A program made the translations under genes and the position numbers. Below, in pieces: positions 18,162 through 26,560 of a DNA stretch of 37,766 bases. This DNA comes from a virus. The notes beneath the pieces were generated by a model, which saw nothing but the letters and a program-made list of their open reading frames with translations, had not been told where the DNA came from and ran no database searches. Location of the stretch: the UHGV virus genome UHGV-0387984; one strand, written 5' to 3'. Position 1 is the first letter of the stretch. Every line of letters starts with the position of its first letter.

Positions 18162-18589
18162 CACTCCACCTCCAACAGTTCTGGATTATCAAAGATATTT
18201 CCATGATTGATAATCTCTGTTGTATAACTCCCAAAACATTCACATATAATCTCGCCGCATTTCTCATTGTTATTTAAACTCCAGCAAGCATCTTTTTCGC
18301 AGTATGTGACAACACCAAAGTAATCATCCTCCGGTTCATCATAGGAGTATGCAGCAATGCTTATGATATCATTCTCCCAAATCTTCTTACCGTTCTTGTC
18401 GGTAAGTCCTGTGTATTGGCAGATAGTGTCTGGGTCAACTTCAACCCATTCGTATTCTCTTTCATCAAAGCCAATTGCTTTATTTAGTACCTGAAGAATA
18501 TAATGTCGTTTCCTGCAATAAACGTAATATCCTTCTACCCATTCACCGTTATCTTTTCTCTTTGCTTTAAAAAGGATTTCTCTATTCAT
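18161..18589 (-). CDS. YopX-family phage protein
   Basis: 142 aa. The N-terminus (MNREILFKAKRKDNGEWVEGYYVY) matches the YopX signature (M.EIKFRAWDK...W.YG). Confidence 0.7.
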   Translation of the reverse strand: MNREILFKAKRKDNGEWVEGYYVYCRKRHYILQVLNKAIGFDEREYEWVEVDPDTICQYTGLTDKNGKKIWENDIISIAAYSYDEPEDDYFGVVTYCEKDACWSLNNNEKCGEIICECFGSYTTEIINHGNIFDNPELLEVE

Positions 18590-18755
18590 CTTTTACCTCC
18601 ACTTCATTGTCGTATTTCATACACTTTCCATCCTTGTACGCTACACATTTTTCTTTGATACACGGATGCAACACTGGTCTAACAAAATCGCCGTTGCCAA
18701 TAAGCATTGCTTTTACTTCTTCTTTTCCGACTAAATCAGGGCAAAATAAAATCAT
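18582..18755 (-). CDS. 57-aa Cys-containing micro-protein
   Basis: Translation: MILFCPDLVGKEEVKAMLIGNGDFVRPVLHPCIKEKCVAYKDGKCMKYDNEVEVKDE. It shares an ATGAATAG overlap with the YopX start codon and has a GGAGGTGGAG ribosome binding site. Confidence 0.45.
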   Translation of the reverse strand: MILFCPDLVGKEEVKAMLIGNGDFVRPVLHPCIKEKCVAYKDGKCMKYDNEVEVKDE

Positions 18756-18904
18756 TGCTCCACCTCCTCATAATCCGGACACTCCACACAATACTCATAC
18801 CGATCCATCTCTGCGCAATACGTATCACATACTTCGTATTCCGGGCACTCTATGCAACAACGATCACATCCGCATATACTTGTTAATTTACATCTTCCCA
18901 TCAT
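18752..18904 (-). CDS. 50-aa Cys-rich micro-protein (12 Cys)
   Basis: Translation: MMGRCKLTSICGCDRCCIECPEYEVCDTYCAEMDRYEYCVECPDYEEVEQ. It has a GGAGCGAGGAA ribosome binding site, and its stop codon overlaps the next ATG (ATGA). Confidence 0.45.
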   Translation of the reverse strand: MMGRCKLTSICGCDRCCIECPEYEVCDTYCAEMDRYEYCVECPDYEEVEQ

Positions 18905-18926
18905 GATTATTCCTCGCTCCTTCCAA

Positions 18927-19100
18927 TTACCTTATCTTTCTAAAATCACTTGTTGGTGCGTGGAATAACCGCCCGTCATCGCATTTAATCATTGTCTGCT
19001 GTCCGCATGCCGTCGGACGATACTGTTTAACCACTGTTCCGCATGGATTACCTGGATATTCAACGCACATCACTATGTCTCCGACTCTAATTTCTTCCAT
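18927..19100 (-). CDS. 57-aa micro-protein
   Basis: The internal ATG at 19100 has a GGAGTGAG ribosome binding site. Translation: MEEIRVGDIVMCVEYPGNPCGTVVKQYRPTACGQQTMIKCDDGRLFHAPTSDFRKIR. Confidence 0.45.
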   Translation of the reverse strand: MEEIRVGDIVMCVEYPGNPCGTVVKQYRPTACGQQTMIKCDDGRLFHAPTSDFRKIR

Positions 19101-19101
19101 G

Positions 19102-19410
19102 TTACTCACTCCATTTAATTTTCTGACCGCAATTCGGGCAATAAAAATGTTCATATCCTTTTTCGCAAATATATTCACTTTTGCACGTAGGGCATTTAAA
19201 GTTAACGTCACCAAGTATGTAGTCCATTATGTCCGGTTTTTTCGGCAACTGCTTTTCTAGTGCTTCGATTGCTACTAGAAATGCATCGACATAATTGTTA
19301 TAATCACTTCTTTCTCTCGTTTTCTGCGGAAGTGAGCGCAATGTTGCATTGTACGCATCTCGCATTTTGCACATCCTCTCTATTGCTTCTCTAACTTTCT
19401 TCTCATCCAT
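19102..19410 (-). CDS. 102-aa protein with C-terminal CxxC...CxxC zinc ribbon
   Basis: Helical N-terminus followed by FKCPTCKSEYICEKGYEHFYCPNCGQ. Its ATG directly follows the TAG stop codon of the upstream micro-gene. Confidence 0.55.
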   Translation of the reverse strand: MDEKKVREAIERMCKMRDAYNATLRSLPQKTRERSDYNNYVDAFLVAIEALEKQLPKKPDIMDYILGDVNFKCPTCKSEYICEKGYEHFYCPNCGQKIKWSE

Positions 19411-19584
19411 CTAATTTCCTCCCGTTATTTCCAACCATAAACCACTCTCTCCATCTTTTTCGTAGAGAAAATCTGTCTCTATCCCGCAGACCGCCAATTC
19501 ATTCATTGTCCTCACGCAATCCTCTGCATCAGCGCATTTGATCGTGTCGCCTTTTCGCAAGCGTGTTTCTTTCACTTTTGGCAT
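19411..19584 (-). CDS. 57-aa micro-protein
   Basis: Translation: MPKVKETRLRKGDTIKCADAEDCVRTMNELAVCGIETDFLYEKDGESGLWLEITGGN. It has a GGAGGAA ribosome binding site 6 nt upstream and lies 16 nt downstream of the methyltransferase stop codon. Confidence 0.45.
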   Translation of the reverse strand: MPKVKETRLRKGDTIKCADAEDCVRTMNELAVCGIETDFLYEKDGESGLWLEITGGN

Positions 19585-19599
19585 TAGTCATTCCTCCTA

Positions 19600-21123
19600 C
19601 TACGCAAACCTAATTTGCTGCTCATCCTCATATATTTCTATGTTCGGTACCCTATTCCCGATTTTTAAATACGGGCAGTTTGCCTCTACCAGTTTCTGTG
19701 CCATGATTGGCACTACACTGTTTCCGATTCTAGCCACTTGTTTTGCGATCGGATATCTCCTGTATTTGTAATCCCTGTCAATAATGTAATCATCCGGAAA
19801 TCCCTGCATTAATTTAAGTTCTTCCGGTTTTAACATTCTTAGGAAAATATCCTTCATGACATACTTTTCGCCTTCGATATCCAGAATCACATTTACTAGT
19901 CCGAAACGATCTTTTGTAGTAATCGTTGCAAGCGGATTTGAAAGTTCTTGTCCTCCGCCAGTTCCGTAATACTTAATTAAAAACGCAGATATCAATCCAA
20001 AATGTCCAGGTGATGTTGTGATTGTGTGTAAAGGTTCGTTGCATCCCTGTCCGATTCCACTTTTATAAAATTTTGTAATAAAAGCTGTTACCAGCCCGTA
20101 CCTGTTTGATGTGTCGATTGTTTTAATTGGTTCTGTCAGCAACTGTCCTCTTGATTCTCCAATTTTTGTTTCTCCGTGGTATTGAATCATAAATGCAACA
20201 GCATCTTTATTTCTCACGATATAGGGAGATGGATTGTCTATTACATATTTTCTGATTCCATTTGCAATCCTTTTCATCGTTGCATCTGCCAACGGTTTTG
20301 GTCTATCAAATATCGTTTTCCCTAAATCAGACCAATCGATATATGCCCCGCATTCCTGCCATTTCGGATCTCTGGATTTAAAATTTGTCTTTTCTGGCCA
20401 CACGATGTCTTTTCCGTCTCTTCGAAATATTGCATACCAGCGCTTTCTCGTGGTAGGCGCGCCATAGTCTGCCGCAATAAGCTCCCGGCAGCCGAATATG
20501 TACCCAAGACTCTTCATCGCCGTAATGAACTTCTTATAATCTTCCCCACGCCGTTCCTTAATCGGATGCCCGTTTTCATCCAGCGGTCCCCATTGCTGAA
20601 TCTCTTCCACGTTTTCCATGATAATCACATCAGGAAGAATTGCTTTTGCGTGTTTGTATACCGCCCAAGGCAAAATCCGAAGTCCTTTTTCCCTCGGCTT
20701 CCCACCTTTCGCCTTGCTGTGGCTGGTACAATCAGGACTCGCCCACATTAAAGCAACTCGCTTTCCTTTCACATATTTCTTCAAATCTACCCTGAAGATA
20801 TCTTCTGTGAGATGCAATGTTTTCGGATGGTTTGTCTTGTGCATCAAAATTGCATCCGGATCGTGATTGATTGCAATATCTACTTGTCTTCCAAGTGCCA
20901 TTTCTATTCCTACGCTCGCTCCACCTCCTCCGGCGAAGCAATCTATAATCAAATTTTCCATTTTTCTTAACCACATCCTCTTGTTTGCTATTACCCTCTT
21001 TTTCACTTCTTTTCCGGTAATATCCTCAAGCACTCTGCAGATATGCTCATCCGAGCATCCGAGTTTTACCATCTCTTCGATTTGGAACTGGTACGGATCC
21101 AGAAAGTGTGCTTGTCTACTCAT
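19600..21123 (-). CDS. DNA (cytosine-5)-methyltransferase, orphan, phage-borne
   Basis: 507 aa. It carries motif I (FAGGGGAS), the catalytic SPDCTSHS (PC motif) and ENV (IIMENVEEI). A ~50-aa N-terminal extension precedes the catalytic core. The target recognition region contains duplicated PLHTITTSPGHFGL and PLATITTKDRFGL segments. No restriction endonuclease gene lies adjacent. Confidence 0.85.
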   Translation of the reverse strand: MSRQAHFLDPYQFQIEEMVKLGCSDEHICRVLEDITGKEVKKRVIANKRMWLRKMENLIIDCFAGGGGASVGIEMALGRQVDIAINHDPDAILMHKTNHPKTLHLTEDIFRVDLKKYVKGKRVALMWASPDCTSHSKAKGGKPREKGLRILPWAVYKHAKAILPDVIIMENVEEIQQWGPLDENGHPIKERRGEDYKKFITAMKSLGYIFGCRELIAADYGAPTTRKRWYAIFRRDGKDIVWPEKTNFKSRDPKWQECGAYIDWSDLGKTIFDRPKPLADATMKRIANGIRKYVIDNPSPYIVRNKDAVAFMIQYHGETKIGESRGQLLTEPIKTIDTSNRYGLVTAFITKFYKSGIGQGCNEPLHTITTSPGHFGLISAFLIKYYGTGGGQELSNPLATITTKDRFGLVNVILDIEGEKYVMKDIFLRMLKPEELKLMQGFPDDYIIDRDYKYRRYPIAKQVARIGNSVVPIMAQKLVEANCPYLKIGNRVPNIEIYEDEQQIRFA

Positions 21124-21248
21124 TTTCCTCTCACCCTTTTCTTCCTCTTCCGCTTTGTGCTGCCGCGCGTAAACAAATCCATATTTCCGTGTCTCAATCC
21201 GGTAGGCTGTTTCCTGTAGACTCTAAAACCGTATCTTTTTCTGTTCAT
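21120..21248 (-). CDS. 42-aa highly basic micro-protein
   Basis: Translation: MNRKRYGFRVYRKQPTGLRHGNMDLFTRGSTKRKRKKRVRGK. It has an AGGAGGTAAAC ribosome binding site, and its stop codon overlaps the methyltransferase ATG (ATGA). Confidence 0.4.
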   Translation of the reverse strand: MNRKRYGFRVYRKQPTGLRHGNMDLFTRGSTKRKRKKRVRGK

Positions 21249-21257
21249 GTTTACCTC

Positions 21258-21989
21258 CTAACTGAAACTTGCTTCCGGTTCTGCTTCTGGATATATTTCT
21301 CCATCGTCTTCCGTCTTGTCGATAATGATTTTTGTTCCCGCTCTTTGCAATCTCATTAACAACATGTCAAATTCCCCAAGGTATCGCAGAGACTTAATGT
21401 CTACACATCCCAAACTGTCAAGCGTATACTCTTTCTCAAAATCCCATTTTGATATTGGAATCTCCATGTTCAGTTCTTCATCGTGTTCGTTTTCAAAAAC
21501 AATCACCATTCTATGCACAGAACTCCAAACAGGTCTTTCACTCTCTTCTATTCGCATCTCGCATCCAACCGATTCGTAGTGTGGTCCATCGTCAAACTCC
21601 ACTTCCAGGCCAGTTGTACTGATCTTCTTTTCGCACATTGCAATCCATGCATCAAACAGATCAGTGACTTTCATTTCTTTTTCTTCCTGCTTAATTGATA
21701 ATTCCTTAAAATTTTCCAGAATCTTTTTATTCTCGATACAAGCATCGGAATTTACGATTTCTGTAAGCACCGTATCCAACTTTGGAAGGTATTTCGAAAA
21801 ATCATACTCCTCTATGTACGGCACCATAACTTCGTCTATTTTTTTCTTCAGTGCTCTTTCTGCTTTTCCCCAACTAAACGCTTTTTCTATTGCCGATTCT
21901 ATCGATTCCTTAAATTTCTTTTTGAGTATTTCCTTTACTTCTTCCTCGGAAAGACACTCCTGTGCCATTTTTAATAATTCTTCTTTCAT
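21258..21989 (-). CDS. Hypothetical acidic protein (243 aa)
   Basis: Long ORF between the replisome organizer and the methyltransferase, with no recognisable motif. Confidence 0.55.
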   Translation of the reverse strand: MKEELLKMAQECLSEEEVKEILKKKFKESIESAIEKAFSWGKAERALKKKIDEVMVPYIEEYDFSKYLPKLDTVLTEIVNSDACIENKKILENFKELSIKQEEKEMKVTDLFDAWIAMCEKKISTTGLEVEFDDGPHYESVGCEMRIEESERPVWSSVHRMVIVFENEHDEELNMEIPISKWDFEKEYTLDSLGCVDIKSLRYLGEFDMLLMRLQRAGTKIIIDKTEDDGEIYPEAEPEASFS

Positions 21990-22000
21990 TTTCTTCCTCC

Positions 22001-22828
22001 TTAATTCGAGTTCAATAACTGCTCTTCCAGAGAGTCCATGTCGTATCCTCTGCGCTCAAAGTTGTTTAAGTTTCTGCTTACCGGCGGTTTTGCCGTCCTC
22101 TCTGGTGGCTGATAATTTTTGTCGAGATAATCTTCATATCCGGTATTAAAAAAGGTGCTGCCGTATTGAGGTTTTCTCCATTTATTTTCTTTTAAATCTT
22201 CTCTATAGCGATTTATCGCTCTTTCGAATTGCTCGTAGCCAATATCGAGTAGCCTTTCCTTGCTCTTTTTACTTACCTGTCCTTTTCCTTTTTTCTCCGG
22301 ATATTTTTTCCATAATCGCTCAAATAACTCTTCTATCTCTTTTTCTTTCTCTTTTCTCTTTACTCTATCTCTATTCTCTTTCTCTATCTCTATCTCTATC
22401 TCTTTCTCTATCTCTATCTCTTTCTCTGTGTTACACAATGTTACTGTATCGTTACAATGTAACGCTTTTCGCTCACGATGCGCTCTAACTCGTTGTGCTG
22501 AGTCACTTTCTGTCCCTATTGATTCTTGCGTTTCTGTCATTAAATACTCATTATCATCACATAAAATCATAAGTCCTTGCGCAATCAAAAATTGAATTGT
22601 AACGCCTACATTTTCCGGGTCTTCATCTATCTTCAATGCCATTTCTTCAACAAAATTTTCTTCTATTCCGTCAAAATATAACTTTCCATCATCTTCCAGA
22701 CTGTAAAGCTGCATTTTCAGATATATGATCGTGTAAGTATCCCCGCCGGCTATTTTTCTGAGTTTTTTTATTTTTGGCTGACTAAAAAAGTTGTTTTTTA
22801 GTTTTAGCCAGTAATACTTTTTAGCCAT
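22001..22828 (-). CDS. Phage replisome organizer (N-terminal replisome-organizer domain plus DnaD-like C-terminal domain)
   Basis: 275 aa. The N-terminus (MAKKYYWLKLKNNFFSQPKIKKLRKIAGGDTYTIIYLKMQL) is typical of the family. A central (EKEIEI)n linker is encoded by GA-rich DNA repeats. The C-terminal DnaD-like segment reads ELFERLWKKYPEKKGKGQVSKKSKERL. Confidence 0.75.
   Translation of the reverse strand: MAKKYYWLKLKNNFFSQPKIKKLRKIAGGDTYTIIYLKMQLYSLEDDGKLYFDGIEENFVEEMALKIDEDPENVGVTIQFLIAQGLMILCDDNEYLMTETQESIGTESDSAQRVRAHRERKALHCNDTVTLCNTEKEIEIEKEIEIEIEKENRDRVKRKEKEKEIEELFERLWKKYPEKKGKGQVSKKSKERLLDIGYEQFERAINRYREDLKENKWRKPQYGSTFFNTGYEDYLDKNYQPPERTAKPPVSRNLNNFERRGYDMDSLEEQLLNSN
22336..22430. 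repeat. Tandem ~18-bp direct repeats (tctatctctatctctttc-like) inside the replisome organizer gene, a candidate replication origin
   Basis: At least four degenerate tandem copies of a CT-rich 12-18-mer are visible on the plus strand. A near-palindromic GTTACAATGTAAC follows at about 22453. Confidence 0.6.
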
Positions 22829-22938
22829 AGTTCCTAGAGTCTTTCACTCCTTTCCTCCCGGGATTTCTCCCGGGATATGTATTCAGCGTAGTGTGACGTA
22901 CCTGAACATGAACGGGTTACAATTTATAACAAGGCTCT

Positions 22939-23343
22939 CTACCCCATTATCTCTTCAATTCGGACAATGATTGACGGGATTCCGCTTGTATACTCAAACT
23001 CATGCGTTGTATTCACGACATGAGCCGGATCATCATTAACAATCACATCGCATTTCTGCAATGCGTCCTCAATCACCTTGTCCGCAAAACTGAAAACATT
23101 CATTCTGTCCCGTTTATTGCCCTTTTTAGGCTCTTTAAACGTATAGTGCAGAATGATAGGCTTATCTGTTTTAAAACGCTTCAAGCCAAGCCTGACGGCG
23201 TTACAGGCTATCATCTGATACTGTTGCTTCATTCGATTTCCTGCTTTCGGGTTCTTCCCGATCTCATGTATGTAATCATTCAGACCAGGGAAACAATGTC
23301 CTTTGTAAAATTTCCCTCTGATTTCAAAAATATGATTGTCCAT
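22939..23343 (-). CDS. RusA-family Holliday junction resolvase
   Basis: About 134 aa from the ATG at 23343, which has an AGGGAA ribosome binding site. The C-terminal segment FADKVIEDALQKCDVIVNDDPAHVV parallels the RusA D..DN...DAL....W.DD.QV catalytic region. Confidence 0.65.
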   Translation of the reverse strand: MDNHIFEIRGKFYKGHCFPGLNDYIHEIGKNPKAGNRMKQQYQMIACNAVRLGLKRFKTDKPIILHYTFKEPKKGNKRDRMNVFSFADKVIEDALQKCDVIVNDDPAHVVNTTHEFEYTSGIPSIIVRIEEIMG

Positions 23344-23602
23344 ATCGTTCCCTAAATTCCTCTCGTGTATGGTTCTGCTCATAGATTGCCTGTCCTACCA
23401 TCTTCGACAGTGCCATGCTTACACTATTTTCGTGTATTTTCCCGTGACAATCACTGCACACCGGAAGAATCAACCTGTCCTTTGTTCCGTTCTGTCTTCT
23501 CCCTCTTCCACAGATCAAATGATGTCCATGGATGTTGTATGGTTTTCCGCAGATCAAGCAGAACTCAACGTATTCTGTTACTATCGTGTCTGACTTTTTC
23601 AT
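23324..23602 (-). CDS. Small HNH-type zinc-finger protein
   Basis: 92 aa containing CLICGKPYNIHGHHLICGRG...PVCSDCHGKIH, which reads as a CxxC...HH...CxxCH HNH-like motif. Confidence 0.5.
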   Translation of the reverse strand: MKKSDTIVTEYVEFCLICGKPYNIHGHHLICGRGRRQNGTKDRLILPVCSDCHGKIHENSVSMALSKMVGQAIYEQNHTREEFRERYGQSYF

Positions 23603-24400
23603 TTACACCTCTCCTATCAAATTATCTGGCCAGATCGGTGATTTTAATATCTTGGTATGCTTGCACCAGTCGCAAACTTCGCATCGTATCGGATCAATCT
23701 CTCCGTTTTTCAGAGAGAGAATCTTTGATACATTCATTTCCATTCCAGACAGACAATCATTCATCCATTCCTGCGGGATCTGGATAATCTCGATATCTGG
23801 CACTTTTTCTTTACTGGCTGCAGCAATGTAAAACGGCAACCGCTCCCCTGTATTGATTCTCACGACCTCTTGGTATACGGCAGCCTGTATGTCATAGCCC
23901 CAAAACCTCACAAAGTCCATCAGTCCCATGTCTTTCGCATAATGCGCTTCTCTCAGGGATTTCATTACTTTTAGATCAACAATGCATTTACCGGGCAAAT
24001 AGCTGTCAAGCTTCACTTTCCATTTCGCTCCAAACAAATCAGCTGTAAAAATTTTCTGCTTCTCTCCGCTCATAAACATCATGAATAAAGGATCTCTTTC
24101 GATTCGATTTATGATTTCTTCCGCTTTCCGGTATTCTGCCTTTAGCTCTCCCTTTTTTGTAAATATTTCTGGGTTATGAGCCTTAAACAAATCAAGTGTT
24201 CCCTCGAAATGAGAATCCACATAAGACCCAACCAGAAGTGCTGTTGTTTTCTCCATCTCCCAGTAACCATTCAGCTTTGCAAGTGCCTGTTCCTCACACC
24301 CAACACGTCCGATTGTTCCGCAGAAATCCTTATACTGCGAGACACTGAGATACTCCTGATTTGCTTCTTTGCTGTAATAATTTTCCTGTGTTAAAATCAT
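23603..24400 (-). CDS. PD-(D/E)XK exonuclease with Cas4-like Fe-S cysteine cluster, RecT partner
   Basis: 265 aa. An N-terminal Cys pair (FCGTIGRVGC) and a C-terminal CEVCDWC give the one-plus-three Cys arrangement of Cas4/AddB-type nucleases. It is translationally coupled to recT by an ATGA overlap. Confidence 0.6.
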   Translation of the reverse strand: MILTQENYYSKEANQEYLSVSQYKDFCGTIGRVGCEEQALAKLNGYWEMEKTTALLVGSYVDSHFEGTLDLFKAHNPEIFTKKGELKAEYRKAEEIINRIERDPLFMMFMSGEKQKIFTADLFGAKWKVKLDSYLPGKCIVDLKVMKSLREAHYAKDMGLMDFVRFWGYDIQAAVYQEVVRINTGERLPFYIAAASKEKVPDIEIIQIPQEWMNDCLSGMEMNVSKILSLKNGEIDPIRCEVCDWCKHTKILKSPIWPDNLIGEV

Positions 24401-25032
24401 TCAAATACCTCCTGTGCTTCTTGTACTGCCGCTTCGAAATCAAACGGGTTTTCTGCTACTTTTGTATCACTTTTTGATATGTCCTCTGCTTCACCCTCGA
24501 CATAAACCCCCATAAGAGAATTTGGAGTATATACCCGAGCAAAGAACGCAGCCGCACGATATGCAAGCATCTGCTCCGGCATGGTTTTCCATTTACTTCC
24601 TGTTTTTTCATACCATCCCTCTTTTTTAGCCATTTCGATCGTCACTGTAGTTCCTTTGATTTTCTCTCCACTATCTTTATATTCTGCTTCAATTCTGCAT
24701 CCCCAATTATCTGTATGAGGTATTCCATCGTACACCGGACGGACGTTTTTGAATTCCGTGTTCGCCCGGATCATACTCATACAAGCCTGTCCACTCCATG
24801 TAGGCTTACCTTTTACAACATACAGATTCTGCATGACCATCATAGGGGATACACCCATTCGATTTGCCATATCTACTGCAATCGTACAATCCATTGGCTT
24901 GCCCTGGTAATTCTGTGGTACCAACTGTGATGTGGCGAACATTTTCCCGATGTCAAAAATCTTTTGAAAACTCTGACTGTCCGCAAACGGACTTAATTCG
25001 TGTCTTTCTTCTTTTACAATCATTTCTTCCAT
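24397..25032 (-). CDS. RecT-family single-strand annealing protein
   Basis: 211 aa. The C-terminal motif WKTMPEQMLAYRAAAFFARVYTP matches the RecT W..hP..M..KTA.RRL.K..P signature. Confidence 0.65.
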   Translation of the reverse strand: MEEMIVKEERHELSPFADSQSFQKIFDIGKMFATSQLVPQNYQGKPMDCTIAVDMANRMGVSPMMVMQNLYVVKGKPTWSGQACMSMIRANTEFKNVRPVYDGIPHTDNWGCRIEAEYKDSGEKIKGTTVTIEMAKKEGWYEKTGSKWKTMPEQMLAYRAAAFFARVYTPNSLMGVYVEGEAEDISKSDTKVAENPFDFEAAVQEAQEVFE

Positions 25033-25043
25033 ATCGATTCTCC

Positions 25044-26474
25044 TTATAATTCAATCACTGTCAGATCTTCTTCATCTGTTGTTCTTGTTGCGATGAACTG
25101 TAATCCCTTATCTTTGCACTTCTGATACAGCTCTGTCCGCATTTTTGTAGACATTTTCTCTACTCCATCAATCAGGATGATCTGCAGTCCATTCGGTTTT
25201 TGAATCGCCACATCAATACAAAGATCAAGTTTTTCTCCGTCTGATAGATTGCTGATCGGTAGTCCGTGAATCAGTGGAACGCCATTTACAACCGTAAGAC
25301 CAGAAATTGGAATAGTTGCAGTTTCTAAAATTTCCCCAGGAAGAGACCGTGCCTTTTCGATTTTCTTCGTAAATTCTTCGGATTCCGCTTTTAATCGCTC
25401 CACTTCGTTCTGTAGATCAACCATTCGCCGATATTCATTCAAGTGGGATTTCATCTCTTCCGCATAAGATGCCTGATTCTGCAATTCCGAGTAATCCTGC
25501 ACTTCCTTTTCAGACAATTCCTTGTACTCTTCTACAGAGCTGTCATATTTCGCAACATTCGCTTCATATTCTTTTACGATTACTTCTGCTTTGTCCGCTT
25601 TTCTTTCTTCCATGCCAGCAAGCATTGTTTGATTTTCCCTTAACTGAGCCTGCAGTCTTTCATTCTCTTTCAAAAGCCGCTCCCGCTCTGCGGTAAATGA
25701 CCTTTCCAATGCAGATAATTTAATCTCTTTATCCGCTTCGAACGACCGGACTTTATTATCTCTCTGCTCGATGAATCGCTTTGCTTTCTCGATCTGCTCA
25801 TTTTCTTTTCTGATGCGCTCGATTTCCTGATACAGCTGTCCAAGATTTTCATTTTCCCATTTTTCTGCATCGTATCCAGACGGGATAGCATCTGCGATAT
25901 CCTCAACAAATGATTTTTTATTCCGGATATCTCTATTCACATCCTGCCGATTCCTGTAATACATGCCGTTTTCCGACTGTATATCATTCAAAACTTGTAA
26001 AATATTCTGATCGTAAGATACCCAATCTGGAATTTCACCAAACCATTCACGGATTGTCTGCAATGACCAGTCATACTGGATCATATCAAGCAAAATTGCA
26101 TTCTGCTCTTTTTCGGATTTCTCCATAAATTCAACTGGTGACAGCTGCAGTGGAGTAAAAATATCTTTCAAAAATGTTTCCGGACTCCCCACCTCATGAC
26201 CGTTCTGCTTCACGCTCTTGTAATCCGCTTGATTCGTTCTTGCCTTCCGATTGATTCTCAATCCGTTATCTGTTTCAATCAGAATTTCGCCCTCTGTTTC
26301 CCCGTTTCTGACAATATATTTCCGGTTTGACTTATTTGTAAGAGCATACCGAATTGCATCAATCACGGAAGATTTTCCTGCTCCATTTGTTCCAGAAAGC
26401 TCTACGCTCTTTCCGTCCCCTTCGTATTCTGTAATTCCATAAAGATTTTTGATCTTAATTTTCGTAATTTTCAT
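25044..26474 (-). CDS. SMC/SbcC/RecF-like coiled-coil ATPase (AAA_23-type)
   Basis: 476 aa. It has Walker A (GTNGAGKSS), a ~200-aa coiled coil, an ABC signature-like LSDGEK, and a Walker B/D-loop (LQIILIDGVE). No nuclease domain is present. Confidence 0.7.
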   Translation of the reverse strand: MKITKIKIKNLYGITEYEGDGKSVELSGTNGAGKSSVIDAIRYALTNKSNRKYIVRNGETEGEILIETDNGLRINRKARTNQADYKSVKQNGHEVGSPETFLKDIFTPLQLSPVEFMEKSEKEQNAILLDMIQYDWSLQTIREWFGEIPDWVSYDQNILQVLNDIQSENGMYYRNRQDVNRDIRNKKSFVEDIADAIPSGYDAEKWENENLGQLYQEIERIRKENEQIEKAKRFIEQRDNKVRSFEADKEIKLSALERSFTAERERLLKENERLQAQLRENQTMLAGMEERKADKAEVIVKEYEANVAKYDSSVEEYKELSEKEVQDYSELQNQASYAEEMKSHLNEYRRMVDLQNEVERLKAESEEFTKKIEKARSLPGEILETATIPISGLTVVNGVPLIHGLPISNLSDGEKLDLCIDVAIQKPNGLQIILIDGVEKMSTKMRTELYQKCKDKGLQFIATRTTDEEDLTVIEL

Positions 26475-26560
26475 TTACAAACTCCTCCTTTTCGTCTACA
26501 ATTTAACTGATCTAATTTCTTGAGTGCTTGAGGGTTGCCGCCCTATGACAGCACTCTTTT

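Noticed and set aside
22336-22430. Possible CRISPR array suggested by the short tandem repeats
   Set aside because: The repeats are contiguous with no spacers, are CT/GA low-complexity, and lie in-frame inside the replisome-organizer gene. They are iterons or a coding linker, not a CRISPR array.
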